49,684 nt of DNA from Cellvibrionales bacterium UBA2618. Lineage in GTDB: Bacteria; Pseudomonadota; Gammaproteobacteria; Pseudomonadales; Porticoccaceae. Position numbers and translations under genes: made by a program. The notes under the pieces are model-generated. The model saw nothing but the letters and a program-made list of their open reading frames with translations, made no database searches and was not told where the DNA came from. Below, in pieces: positions 9,828 to 18,709 of the stretch. The stretch lies in the NCBI GenBank assembly GCA_002339165.1, contig DDJS01000042.1, forward strand, positions 1 to 49,684. Reading direction: 5' to 3'. Positions within the stretch are counted from its first letter, which is position 1. Each line of letters opens with the position of its first letter.

Positions 9828-10796
9828 TTATGCGGCCTTGGAAAGGGCGGCCTCGGCGTGTTTCTTGGCGTATGCGATAGCGGCATCACGCACCCACTGA
9901 CCGTTTTCGTGGGCTTCTCGCCGGTTGCTCACTCGCTCTTTGTTGCAGGGGCCATTGCCGCGAATAACCTCGAAAAATTCTTCCCAATCTGGTTCACCAT
10001 AGGTGTAGTGACCAGTTTTTTCGTTCCAACTAAGATCCTTGTCGGGAATCGTTAAACCGAGGATGTTGGCCTGGGGCACAGCGATATCGACAAACTTCTG
10101 TCGGAGCTCATCATTTGAGAATAATTTAATTTTCCACTTCAACGACAATTCGGAGTTGGGAGATTGATCATCGCGCGGTCCAAACATCATAATTGCCGGC
10201 CACCACCAACGGTTGAGAGCGTCTTGCGCCATTTGCTTTTGTTTGGCGCTGCCGTTACTCAGCGTCAGCATGATTTCGTAGCCCTGGCGTTGGTGAAAGC
10301 TCTCCTCTTTACAGATTCTTACCATGGCCCGCGCATAGGGCCCGTAAGATGTGCGGCACAGTGGCACCTGATTGCAGATAGCGGCACCATCGACCAGCCA
10401 TCCGATGGCGCCCATGTCGGCCCAGCAAGGGGTTGGATAATTAAAAATGCTCGAGTATTTCATTTTACCATTATTGAGCTTTTCCAACATATCGGTACGA
10501 TCGGCGCCCAGTGTTTCGGCTGCGCTGTATAAGTACAGGCCATGCCCCGCTTCGTCCTGGACTTTTGACATCAAAATAGCTTTGCGCTTTAAGCTGGGTG
10601 CACGAGTAATCCAGTTTCCCTCGGGTTGCATGCCAATTATTTCTGAATGCGCATGTTGCCCTATCTGTCGAATTAGCGTTTTACGATAGTCATCGGGCAT
10701 CCAATCACGCGGCTCGATTTTAGCGCCCATGGCCAGAAGTTCTTCGAATTTGACCTCATTTTCTGAAAGAGTCGGACTGTTTTCGGTGACTGTCAT
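9828..10796 (-). CDS. paaA: Phenylacetyl-CoA epoxidase catalytic subunit A
   Basis: [24 protein letters not shown] and [11 protein letters not shown] di-iron motifs. Confidence 0.97.
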   Translation of the reverse strand: MTVTENSPTLSENEVKFEELLAMGAKIEPRDWMPDDYRKTLIRQIGQHAHSEIIGMQPEGNWITRAPSLKRKAILMSKVQDEAGHGLYLYSAAETLGADRTDMLEKLNNGKMKYSSIFNYPTPCWADMGAIGWLVDGAAICNQVPLCRTSYGPYARAMVRICKEESFHQRQGYEIMLTLSNGSAKQKQMAQDALNRWWWPAIMMFGPRDDQSPNSELSLKWKIKLFSNDELRQKFVDIAVPQANILGLTIPDKDLSWNEKTGHYTYGEPDWEEFFEVIRGNGPCNKERVSNRREAHENGQWVRDAAIAYAKKHAEAALSKAA

Positions 10797-10808
10797 GATA
10801 TACCTCGC

Positions 10809-12839
10809 TTATTGCAGACGATTGGCAACGCCCGTGAGGACGTCATATTGAGCACAAATTTGGCCATTTTGGTTGATGATCGTGGTGTCCCAGCGCACCT
10901 CCCCCCAAATTTCTGTTAGTCGATCTTTTTTCTGTTTGCAGGTGAACTGTACCTGAATAATATCGCCGGGGTATACCGGCGTCTGAAATGACAAATTCTC
11001 GAGTCCGGTGTTGGCCAGAACCGGCCCTTCGCCGGGCCACACAAAAAGTCCAGCGGCTGCCGAAATCAGCAGGTAGCCATGGGCTACGCGGCCATCAAAA
11101 AATGGATTTCGAAGCGCCGCTTGATGATCCATGTGGGCGTAGAATTTATCGCCCGTCAACTCGGCAAATGCCTCGATGTCCTCGAGCGTTATTTCACGTT
11201 TATCCGTGACCACGGTATCGCCAATTTCGATCTCTTCAAAATGCTTTTTAAATGGATGAATGTCGCTTATTTTACGCGTAGCGCCTTGCATGTGGGTGCG
11301 AGTTATCGCGCTTAGCATGTCCGGAGATCCTTGCAGCGCTGTGCGTTGCATGTAGTGTTTTACACCGCGCACACCGCCTAATTCTTCGCCACCACCGGCG
11401 CGGCCGGGCCCACCATGAATCAATTGTGGCAGCGGAGAGCCGTGCCCAGTAGACTCTTTGGCGCAGGCACGGTTGAGCACCAGCACGCGGCCATGATGGG
11501 GTGCCATGCCTAGGGTGAGTTGGCGAGCGACATCGGCACTGTTGGTGATCAATGAACCAACTAGGCTGCCCCTGCCGCGCGCGGCGAGCGCCACTGCATG
11601 TTCATTATCGACGTAGGGGATAATAGTGCTAATCGGCCCAAAGGCCTCGATTTCATGCGCGCTACTCTGATCTGGATTGTCAGCTAACATGACCACTGGG
11701 CTCATAAATGAGCCCGTATCTGCACTAGCATCAATTGGCGAGACTTGGTCTGGATCGCCAAAAATGAGTCGATTGTCGCAACGCAATTGTTGCACCGCAC
11801 TGCGAACATCACGGCGCTGGCGTTGACCTGCAAGGGCGCCCATTCGCACAGATTCGTTGTCTGGGTTTCCCACCGTGATTTTGCCAAGTTTATCGCACAG
11901 CGCCTGAGTCACTGCATCGACTCTGTTGTCAGGCACAATGGCACGCCGTATTGCGGTACATTTTTGACCGGCCTTGGTCGTCATTTCTTGTACAATCTCA
12001 TGGATAAATAAATCGAATTCAACGCTGTCAGGCTCGACATCACTGCCCAAAATACAACAGTTTAAAGAGTCTGCCTCCATCACAAAACGGGTACATTGTT
12101 TGGCGATCACTGGGTGCTGTTTTAGTTTAATGCCGGTTGCGGCCGAACCGGTAAAGCTAACTATATCTTCGTAGGTTAGATGGTTGAGCAGATCGCCAAC
12201 ATCGCCACAAATTAGCTGAATAGCGCCGGCTGGCAGTATCTCTGACTCAACCATATGCTGCACCATAAGCTCGGTAAGAAACGCTGTTTGACCGCCGGGC
12301 TTGATGATACAAGGCACACCCGCGACGAGGGCAGGGGCCAGTTTTTCTAACATTCCCCAACAGGGAAAATTGTAGGCATTGATATGCACCGCAACCCCGC
12401 GAACGGGTGTGTAAATATGCTGTCCAGTAAAGGTGCCGTTGCGCGATAGGTTTTCCTGCTTACCATCGATATAGATTGTGCTGTTCGGCATTTCGATGCG
12501 CGCTTTGCTGGAGATTGAAAACAGTGTGCCAATGCCCCCTTCGATATCTATCCACGAGTCGCCGCGGGTCGCGCCAGTTGCTTTGGAACACTCATAAAAT
12601 AGTTCTTTGCGCTCCATGAGATAAACGCCGAGTTGCTTGAGCATCAGCGCGCGTTGATGAAATGTCATTTTTTGTAGCGCGGGATTACCTACCTGCCTGG
12701 CGTAGTTAACCATGTCTTGAAAATCGAGACCGCTGCTGGATATTTCAGCAACTGGCTCGCCGGAGATGGCACTGTCGAGTATCACACCGCTCTCAGGCGA
12801 TTGATACCAGTGATCCATGGCAAAGTTTTGAAGTTTCAT
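10809..12839 (-). CDS. paaZ: Bifunctional oxepin-CoA hydrolase / aldehyde dehydrogenase
   Basis: ALDH domain (HINAYNFPCWG, FTGSA, MEADSLN, GQKCTAIRR, EAFGP) plus a MaoC domain (GDKFYAHMD, VAHGY). Confidence 0.96.
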   Translation of the reverse strand: MKLQNFAMDHWYQSPESGVILDSAISGEPVAEISSSGLDFQDMVNYARQVGNPALQKMTFHQRALMLKQLGVYLMERKELFYECSKATGATRGDSWIDIEGGIGTLFSISSKARIEMPNSTIYIDGKQENLSRNGTFTGQHIYTPVRGVAVHINAYNFPCWGMLEKLAPALVAGVPCIIKPGGQTAFLTELMVQHMVESEILPAGAIQLICGDVGDLLNHLTYEDIVSFTGSAATGIKLKQHPVIAKQCTRFVMEADSLNCCILGSDVEPDSVEFDLFIHEIVQEMTTKAGQKCTAIRRAIVPDNRVDAVTQALCDKLGKITVGNPDNESVRMGALAGQRQRRDVRSAVQQLRCDNRLIFGDPDQVSPIDASADTGSFMSPVVMLADNPDQSSAHEIEAFGPISTIIPYVDNEHAVALAARGRGSLVGSLITNSADVARQLTLGMAPHHGRVLVLNRACAKESTGHGSPLPQLIHGGPGRAGGGEELGGVRGVKHYMQRTALQGSPDMLSAITRTHMQGATRKISDIHPFKKHFEEIEIGDTVVTDKREITLEDIEAFAELTGDKFYAHMDHQAALRNPFFDGRVAHGYLLISAAAGLFVWPGEGPVLANTGLENLSFQTPVYPGDIIQVQFTCKQKKDRLTEIWGEVRWDTTIINQNGQICAQYDVLTGVANRLQ

Positions 12840-12959
12840 AAATTACATTCTCTGGAGTTTCGCTGCTGGCACTTTAACATTGTGCTGCGCTGTTTAGGCG
12901 AGGACAATTAGCATCCTCGCAAGTTCATCAGCAACATGGTATTCACGATTGGTTTAATA

Positions 12960-12998
12960 TGATACAAAAATATCACAAAAAGTTAAAAAATGGTATCA
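12960..12998. promoter_or_regulatory. PaaX operator candidate TGATAC-N27-GTATCA
   Basis: Inverted 6-bp half-sites with an AT-rich 27-nt spacer in the divergent paaZ/paaG promoter region; this matches the known PaaX operator architecture. Confidence 0.78.
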
Positions 12999-13159
12999 AT
13001 AAAAGTTTTCTTGGATTATTCTTGGTACACAATAAACGTTACTGATTTGGGTACTTTAAAGCTTTTTCCGAGGGTTATGGATGGTATAGAGCAGGCTAAA
13101 AAATTGCGTTGCAGTCGCGAGTTATTTGCATCCTCATTGATTTTTTAGGCGAGGATTCG

Positions 13160-13356
13160 AGACGAATACTGACCTCGGTTAGTCGCACACAAGCCCGTAA
13201 ATCGGTTGATGTTAGCCACTGTAGAGCTCGCTAAGGTTTACTCAGTGTCGTGCGAGCTAAAACCGTTTCAGTCGTAAAGGCCTGCAACCAAAGTTACCTA
13301 AATTGAAGCCGTTATCGGCGACTGATGACGCGCGTGATGCGAAAAATAAACCTTAA
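13160..13356 (+). pseudogene. Possible heavily decayed paaF (enoyl-CoA hydratase) remnant
   Basis: Fragments RRILTSVSRTQARKS and LSATDDARDAKNKP* resemble crotonase/PaaF N- and C-terminal segments and lie where paaF normally precedes paaG. Similarity is weak. Confidence 0.3.
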
Positions 13357-13370
13357 TAGAGGGCGGTTGG

Positions 13371-14171
13371 ATGGATCAACAAAAATATCAAAATATCGAG
13401 TTTTCAATTGTCGGTGGTCTGGCTACATTAGTGCTTAATCGCCCGAATCGATTGAACAGTTTTAATACCGAGATGCACATCGAAGTGAAAACTGTCCTCA
13501 AGCAATTGTCGGTCAACGGTGCCGCTCGATGTTTGTTGATTACCGGTTCTGGACGGGGCTTTTGCGCCGGTCAAGATCTCAGCGATAGATCGGTCAGCGG
13601 CGGTGATCAGGTACCCGATTTGAGCGCGTCGATCCGAGATAATTACAACCCGCTGATTCGCGCCATCACCGCGCTTGAGATGCCAGTTATTTGCGCGGTC
13701 AACGGCGTCGCCGCAGGCGCCGGGGCCAATATTGCGCTGGCCTGCGACATCGTCATTGCGGGCAGGTCGGCAAGCTTTATCCAGTCGTTCAATAAATTGG
13801 GTTTGGTGCCTGATTCTGGAGGCACCTGGATGTTACCGCGGCTCATAGGGCATGCGCGGGCAATGCGGCTGTGTTTGCTGGGAGAGAAGGTCAGCGCAGC
13901 TAAGGCACTCGAAATGGGCATGATTTCAGAGGTCGTCGAGGATGATGATTTGTTGACCAGCGCTTCTGATATGGGTCGGCAGTTGGCGAATGCGCCGACT
14001 CTGGGTCTTGCACTCATAAAGCGAGCCCTTCTCGTGTCCGGTTGCCACAGCTTGGATCAGCAACTCGATTTAGAATGTGAATTACAGGGCGTCGCCGGGC
14101 GAAGTAACGACTACAGAGAGGGCGTCAGTGCATTCATGGAAAAGCGCTTACCGAAATACCAAGGGTGTTAG
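13371..14171 (+). CDS. paaG: 1,2-epoxyphenylacetyl-CoA isomerase
   Basis: LNRPNRLNSFN, FCAGQDL, NYNPLIR, NGVAAGAGANIALACD and GLVPDSGGTW motifs. Confidence 0.95.
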   Translation: MDQQKYQNIEFSIVGGLATLVLNRPNRLNSFNTEMHIEVKTVLKQLSVNGAARCLLITGSGRGFCAGQDLSDRSVSGGDQVPDLSASIRDNYNPLIRAITALEMPVICAVNGVAAGAGANIALACDIVIAGRSASFIQSFNKLGLVPDSGGTWMLPRLIGHARAMRLCLLGEKVSAAKALEMGMISEVVEDDDLLTSASDMGRQLANAPTLGLALIKRALLVSGCHSLDQQLDLECELQGVAGRSNDYREGVSAFMEKRLPKYQGC

Positions 14172-14176
14172 TGCAG

Positions 14177-14597
14177 ATGTTATCAAGTCTGTCATTCACA
14201 GTCGTCGGTGATACCCGCGAGGCCGCACTAGACAATAATGTGCAAGCGGCGGTGATTGGTGTCGGCACCGGCGATGCAGGCATCGCTCAAGCGGTTGCTG
14301 CCTATAGATGTACTCGGTAGGCAAGTCTTTTGGAGTGGCAGTATGCTGAACAATGAGCCCTGATACCGCTACCCACCCAAGAGCAGGCGAATTGCGCGGT
14401 GGATTTGGCTATAGGCGGGCGTTGCTTATCCGCCCGAGCCATTGCCTGGGGACGTTTTCTCGGTGTGGATTATAGTGTTCGAGTGTTGGGGACTATTAAG
14501 CCTGACTACGAGGTTCGACTATGGCAAAGAGCGTTACCGCATGTCACCGTTATCGATGGATAAATGCCATCGATGGCGATTGAAAATATCTCTTGAG
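14177..14597 (+). pseudogene. paaH: Decayed paaH (3-hydroxyadipyl-CoA dehydrogenase) remnant
   Basis: N-terminal AALDNNVQAAVIGVGTGDAGIAQAVAA followed by a stop at 14318-14320. C-terminal fragments in shifting frames: MLNNE, VDLAI, GVAYPPEPL, AWGRFLGVDYSVRVL, DYGKERYRMSPL. It occupies the paaH slot between paaG and paaI. Confidence 0.8.
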
Positions 14598-14608
14598 GAG
14601 AGGATGGT

Positions 14609-15055
14609 TTGAGCAAGGTTGAGGATCTCACTACGCAACAGATTGCCGAGCAGGCCTCTGCTGCGATGCACAGCACTGACCAGTGCTCGCAAGCAATGGG
14701 CATGCAGATTGTCGCGGTTGGGCCGGGGTGTGCCAATGTCGAAATGGCTGTGCGTGAGGATTTTGTCAACGGACAAGGATACTGTCATGGCGGTATCATC
14801 ACTTGTCTTGCCGATACGGCTTTCGCTCACGCGTGCAATTCTTATAATCGCCGAACCGTAGCGCAGGGCTTGTCGATTGAATTTGTCGGCTCCGCGATCC
14901 TAGACGATCGACTCACGGCTGTCGCTTCGGAACAATCGCGTGGCAGACAAACCGGCGTTTATCAAGTGCTGGTTTACAAGGCCTGCGGTAAGCTAATCGC
15001 TCTGTTGACTGGAAAGTCCTTTGAACGTGGCGGCACTCTGACCGCAGAAATCTGA
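14609..15055 (+). CDS. paaI: Hydroxyphenylacetyl-CoA thioesterase
   Basis: NGQGYCHGG, LADTAFAHACNS hotdog-fold motifs; TTG start after a GAGGAGAGG RBS. Confidence 0.92.
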   Translation: MSKVEDLTTQQIAEQASAAMHSTDQCSQAMGMQIVAVGPGCANVEMAVREDFVNGQGYCHGGIITCLADTAFAHACNSYNRRTVAQGLSIEFVGSAILDDRLTAVASEQSRGRQTGVYQVLVYKACGKLIALLTGKSFERGGTLTAEI

Positions 15056-15073
15056 CCAGCCTGTGGAAGCACT

Positions 15074-16279
15074 ATGACACCAGCCTATATTTGTGACGCA
15101 ATACGCACACCGATTGGCCGCTATGGCGGAAGCTTGGCATCGATACGTGCCGATGACCTTGCGGCATTGCCGATAGCGGCGCTGATCGCCAGAAACCCGA
15201 ACGTCGATTGGCGCGCTGTCGACGATTTGATTTATGGGTGTGCGAATCAGGCGGGCGAGGACAATCGCAACGTTGCACGGATGGCCGCGCTGCTTGCTGG
15301 CCTGCCGGTTGAGGTCGCAGCCACCACCGTCAATCGATTGTGCGGTTCGGGTATGGATGCTGTGAGCATCGCCGCGCGAGCGATCAAAGCGGGGGAAGCA
15401 CATATGATGATCGCCGGAGGCGTAGAGTCTATGTCGCGCGCACCGTTGGTGATGGGCAAAGCCGAGGGTGCTTTTGGACGCAACCAAACGCTTTACGATA
15501 CCACGATGGGGTGGCGTTTTATCAATCAAAAATTGGCTGAACAGTACGGTGTTGAATCGATGCCCGAGACCGCTGAAAACGTCGCCGAACAATTCTCCAT
15601 CGGCAGAGAGGATCAGGATAAATACGCCCGTGCCAGTCAAGGCAGGGCGGCGGCCGCGCAGGCAAGCGGTTTCTTTGCTGATGAAATATTGCCAGTGACC
15701 CTAATTCAGCGCAAAAAACCACCGCGGGTGTTTGACAACGACGAGCACCTGCGCGCCGATACTACGCTGGAGGGTTTAGCTAAACTTCGTTCGCCATTTC
15801 GTCCGGGTGGCAGTGTTACCGCAGGCAATGCGTCGGGGATCAACGATGGTTCCTGTGCGTTGTTGCTGGCCTCGGAATCAGCGATGGCGGCACATAATTT
15901 GACTGCCCGCGCCCGAATTGTAGCTACCGCGGTGGTGGGTTTAGAACCGCGGATTATGGGCTGTGGCCCGGCGATGGCGGTACCTAAGGTGCTTTCACTG
16001 GCTGGACTTTCGCTGGCGGAAATGGATGTTATTGAATTAAACGAAGCCTTTGCCGCACAAGTTTTAGCAGTCACTCGAGCGCTTGATTTAGACGATCTAG
16101 ATCCACGTATCAATCCCAATGGCGGCGCCATCGCGCTGGGCCATCCATTGGGTATGTCGGGGGCTCGATTGGTTACAACAGCGATCAATCAACTGCATAA
16201 AACAGGCGGGAAATATGCAATTTGTTCCATGTGCATTGGTGTCGGACAGGGCATAGCGATGATTGTAGAGCGCGTCTAG
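15074..16279 (+). CDS. paaJ: 3-oxoadipyl-CoA thiolase (PaaJ/PcaF)
   Basis: RTPIGRYGG, NQAGEDNRNVAR, NRLCGSG, NEAF, GHPLG and CIGVGQG motifs. Confidence 0.94.
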   Translation: MTPAYICDAIRTPIGRYGGSLASIRADDLAALPIAALIARNPNVDWRAVDDLIYGCANQAGEDNRNVARMAALLAGLPVEVAATTVNRLCGSGMDAVSIAARAIKAGEAHMMIAGGVESMSRAPLVMGKAEGAFGRNQTLYDTTMGWRFINQKLAEQYGVESMPETAENVAEQFSIGREDQDKYARASQGRAAAAQASGFFADEILPVTLIQRKKPPRVFDNDEHLRADTTLEGLAKLRSPFRPGGSVTAGNASGINDGSCALLLASESAMAAHNLTARARIVATAVVGLEPRIMGCGPAMAVPKVLSLAGLSLAEMDVIELNEAFAAQVLAVTRALDLDDLDPRINPNGGAIALGHPLGMSGARLVTTAINQLHKTGGKYAICSMCIGVGQGIAMIVERV

Positions 16280-16366
16280 GCGCGGCTGCTCAGATTATCC
16301 ATTCGTCAGATGATCGACAGTAAAGCAATAACGATGACGTTATTAACGAGATTTTAGGGAGAAATT

Positions 16367-17677
16367 ATGACCACAAAGGCGGAGGTACCAGACCAAAATA
16401 ACGCCCAGTTGGAGTCGATTGAACGCGTCAGCATTGACGAATTGAGAAGTTTACAATTGCAGCGATTGCAGTGGTCGATAAAACACGCCTATGACAATGG
16501 TGTGTTTTATCGACAAAAGTTGGATCGTGCGGGTGTGCATCCCGACGACATTCAATCGCTCGACGATCTCGCCAAGTTGCCGTTCACCGAGAAAAGCGAT
16601 CTGCGCGATAATTACCCCTTTGGTATGTTTGCGGTCCCGCGTGAACAGGTTTCTCGTATTCACGCATCGAGCGGCACGACGGGCAAGCCAACCGTGGTGG
16701 GTTATTCGCGTGGAGATATTGACGATTGGGCTCATGTGGTGGCACGCAGCATTCGCGCTGCCGGCGGCCGACCGGGAGATATTCTACATAATGCCTATGG
16801 CTATGGGCTATTTACCGGAGGTATGGGCGCCCATTATGGGGCCGAAAAACTCGGTTGTACGGTGGTGCCTATGTCGGGCGGACAGACCCCCAAACAGGTA
16901 CAACTGATCAATGATTTCAAACCCAGAATTATCACCGTAACACCGTCGTATTGTCTAAATTTGATCGATGAATTTGAGCGGCAAGGTCTCGATCCGAGCG
17001 CTTGTTCGTTGGAAATCGGTATTTTTGGTGCGGAACCCTGGACCAATCAGATGCGTATCGAAATAGAGGCTCGGCTCGGCATTGACGCAGTGGATATTTA
17101 CGGGCTTTCAGAGGTCATGGGGCCCGGTGTGGCGCAGGAATGTGTCGACCGTAAAGATGGCCCGACCATCTGGGAAGATTATTTTTATCCCGAAGTGATC
17201 GATCCGCAGACCGGTGAGGTGCTCCCCGATGGCGAATTGGGAGAACTGGTGTTCACTTCGCTGACCAAGGAGGCGATGCCGATCCTACGCTACCGAACCA
17301 GGGATTTGACCCGGCTACTCCCGGGCACATCGAGGCCGATGCGGCGTATGGAGAAAATCACCGGGCGCTCAGACGATATGATGATTGTCCGCGGCGTCAA
17401 TGTATTTCCGACGCAGATAGAAGAGCACATTTTAGCCGTCGAAGGCTTGAGCCCACACTATCAAATCGAGTTGGAAAAGCAGGGTCACCTCGATAGCATA
17501 AAAGTGCACTGCGAGTTGCAAAGCGATGATTTGGACGCCGACAGCGTCGCGGAGCGCCTGAAACAACGAATCAAGAATATGGTTGGTATCAGCGCACAGA
17601 TTCATGTTCACAAACAGGGCGGTGTGCTGCGTTCAGAGGGTAAAGCACAACGTGTAATCGACTCGCGCGGAACATAA
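16367..17677 (+). CDS. paaK: Phenylacetate-CoA ligase
   Basis: RDNYPFG, HASSGTTGKPTVVGY, YGYGLFTGG, FGAEPW and DIYGLSEVMGPGV motifs. Confidence 0.97.
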   Translation: MTTKAEVPDQNNAQLESIERVSIDELRSLQLQRLQWSIKHAYDNGVFYRQKLDRAGVHPDDIQSLDDLAKLPFTEKSDLRDNYPFGMFAVPREQVSRIHASSGTTGKPTVVGYSRGDIDDWAHVVARSIRAAGGRPGDILHNAYGYGLFTGGMGAHYGAEKLGCTVVPMSGGQTPKQVQLINDFKPRIITVTPSYCLNLIDEFERQGLDPSACSLEIGIFGAEPWTNQMRIEIEARLGIDAVDIYGLSEVMGPGVAQECVDRKDGPTIWEDYFYPEVIDPQTGEVLPDGELGELVFTSLTKEAMPILRYRTRDLTRLLPGTSRPMRRMEKITGRSDDMMIVRGVNVFPTQIEEHILAVEGLSPHYQIELEKQGHLDSIKVHCELQSDDLDADSVAERLKQRIKNMVGISAQIHVHKQGGVLRSEGKAQRVIDSRGT

Positions 17678-17852
17678 CTCTGAGATTTTTAATGACTCGC
17701 CGTCTCCCGCGCGTCCAACGCACTGAGGCCGCGGGTTTTGTTTGGTTTAACATGCTGAGTTTTTGACATAGGCAAACATGATACCTGCACGAACATAGCC
17801 CCATAACTGTGGCTTGGACTCGGCGGCAATGCGCGGCATGGCCCTGTAGTGA

Positions 17853-18202
17853 TTGATCTCCAAACACTTCCTCGCCCGTGGCGGCCGCGCCGGTATCCAC
17901 TGGCGTTTTTGATCTTCGCGTGCCTGTTCGCCGCGCACAATATTTTTATCGGCGTAGATCAGTAGGGTGCTCTGGCTGAAGCTGCAGAACTCGACCGGTT
18001 GGATGAGCAGATCCAAGATTGCGGGGCGCTCCACGTTATGTTCACCGCGATCAAAGACAATATTCTCGTAGCGGGGATTGCCAATACAGCTAGCAGCCCA
18101 CCAGCTTTTGTTACTCCGGCCGGTGAGCACGTCGCCAGTTTTGATGATCAGTTGCAGCTATGCATGCAATTTGGGAAAAACTATTTAGTCTTATCCCACT
18201 GA
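17853..18202 (+). pseudogene. Decayed amidase-signature family gene remnant
   Basis: Reading across the TAG at 17963: HNIFIGVDQ*GALAEAAELDRLDEQIQDCGALHVMFTAIKDNILVAGIANTASSP...FGKNY. This follows the amidase pattern LNAFI..D...AL.EA...D......GPLHGVP.AIKDNI.VAG..TT...LGKTN. Boundaries are approximate. Confidence 0.65.
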
Positions 18203-18452
18203 ACTAGAATCTTGTAGGGCGTCGGACTTACTCCTTAGGCTTATTGCCAGATTATCCCCAGAGGATTTTTCTATCGGTTGACTCCTTGGGGAGAGGCTTA
18301 ATCAAATGCCGGTCGGGACTCATTGTGTTATGAATACTTGACCATAGTGAATTTTTGTTCGTCAAAACCTGCGCGGGGAGTGCTATCATAAAAATAAACT
18401 GGAGCATCAATAAGTTCAAAAATAGCTTCTTTGTAGATCGGAAATAACGCCA

Positions 18453-18695
18453 ATGGAAAATCAAGATCAAATACTGGATAGCATTCGCTCGAAAGTCCGT
18501 CAAAGGTTTTTGTTTGCAGCAATGACGGTTTTTTTATACGGCACCTTTGTTCTCTGTTACGTCGATGAAGGGCGGGTTTTAAACCACGTCACTGGCGATT
18601 CAGCGATTTCGGGTGGGTTGGTGTTATTTTTTGCACTCATCGTGGTATTTCTTTTTTTGGAATACATTTTTCTCACCCTCAGCAAAGACAAATAA
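18453..18695 (+). CDS. Small two-TM membrane protein (DUF485/YjcH-like ActP partner)
   Basis: 80 aa with two hydrophobic helices, directly upstream of an actP homologue. Confidence 0.7.
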   Translation: MENQDQILDSIRSKVRQRFLFAAMTVFLYGTFVLCYVDEGRVLNHVTGDSAISGGLVLFFALIVVFLFLEYIFLTLSKDK

Positions 18696-18709
18696 CGAGA
18701 GCCAATTCA

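Noticed and set aside
10809-12839. Tropone/tropodithietic acid biosynthetic shunt via a defective PaaZ
   Set aside because: Both PaaZ domains retain their catalytic motifs (EADSLN, QKCT, GD..YAH), and no tda-like acyl-CoA dehydrogenase or sulfur genes are present.
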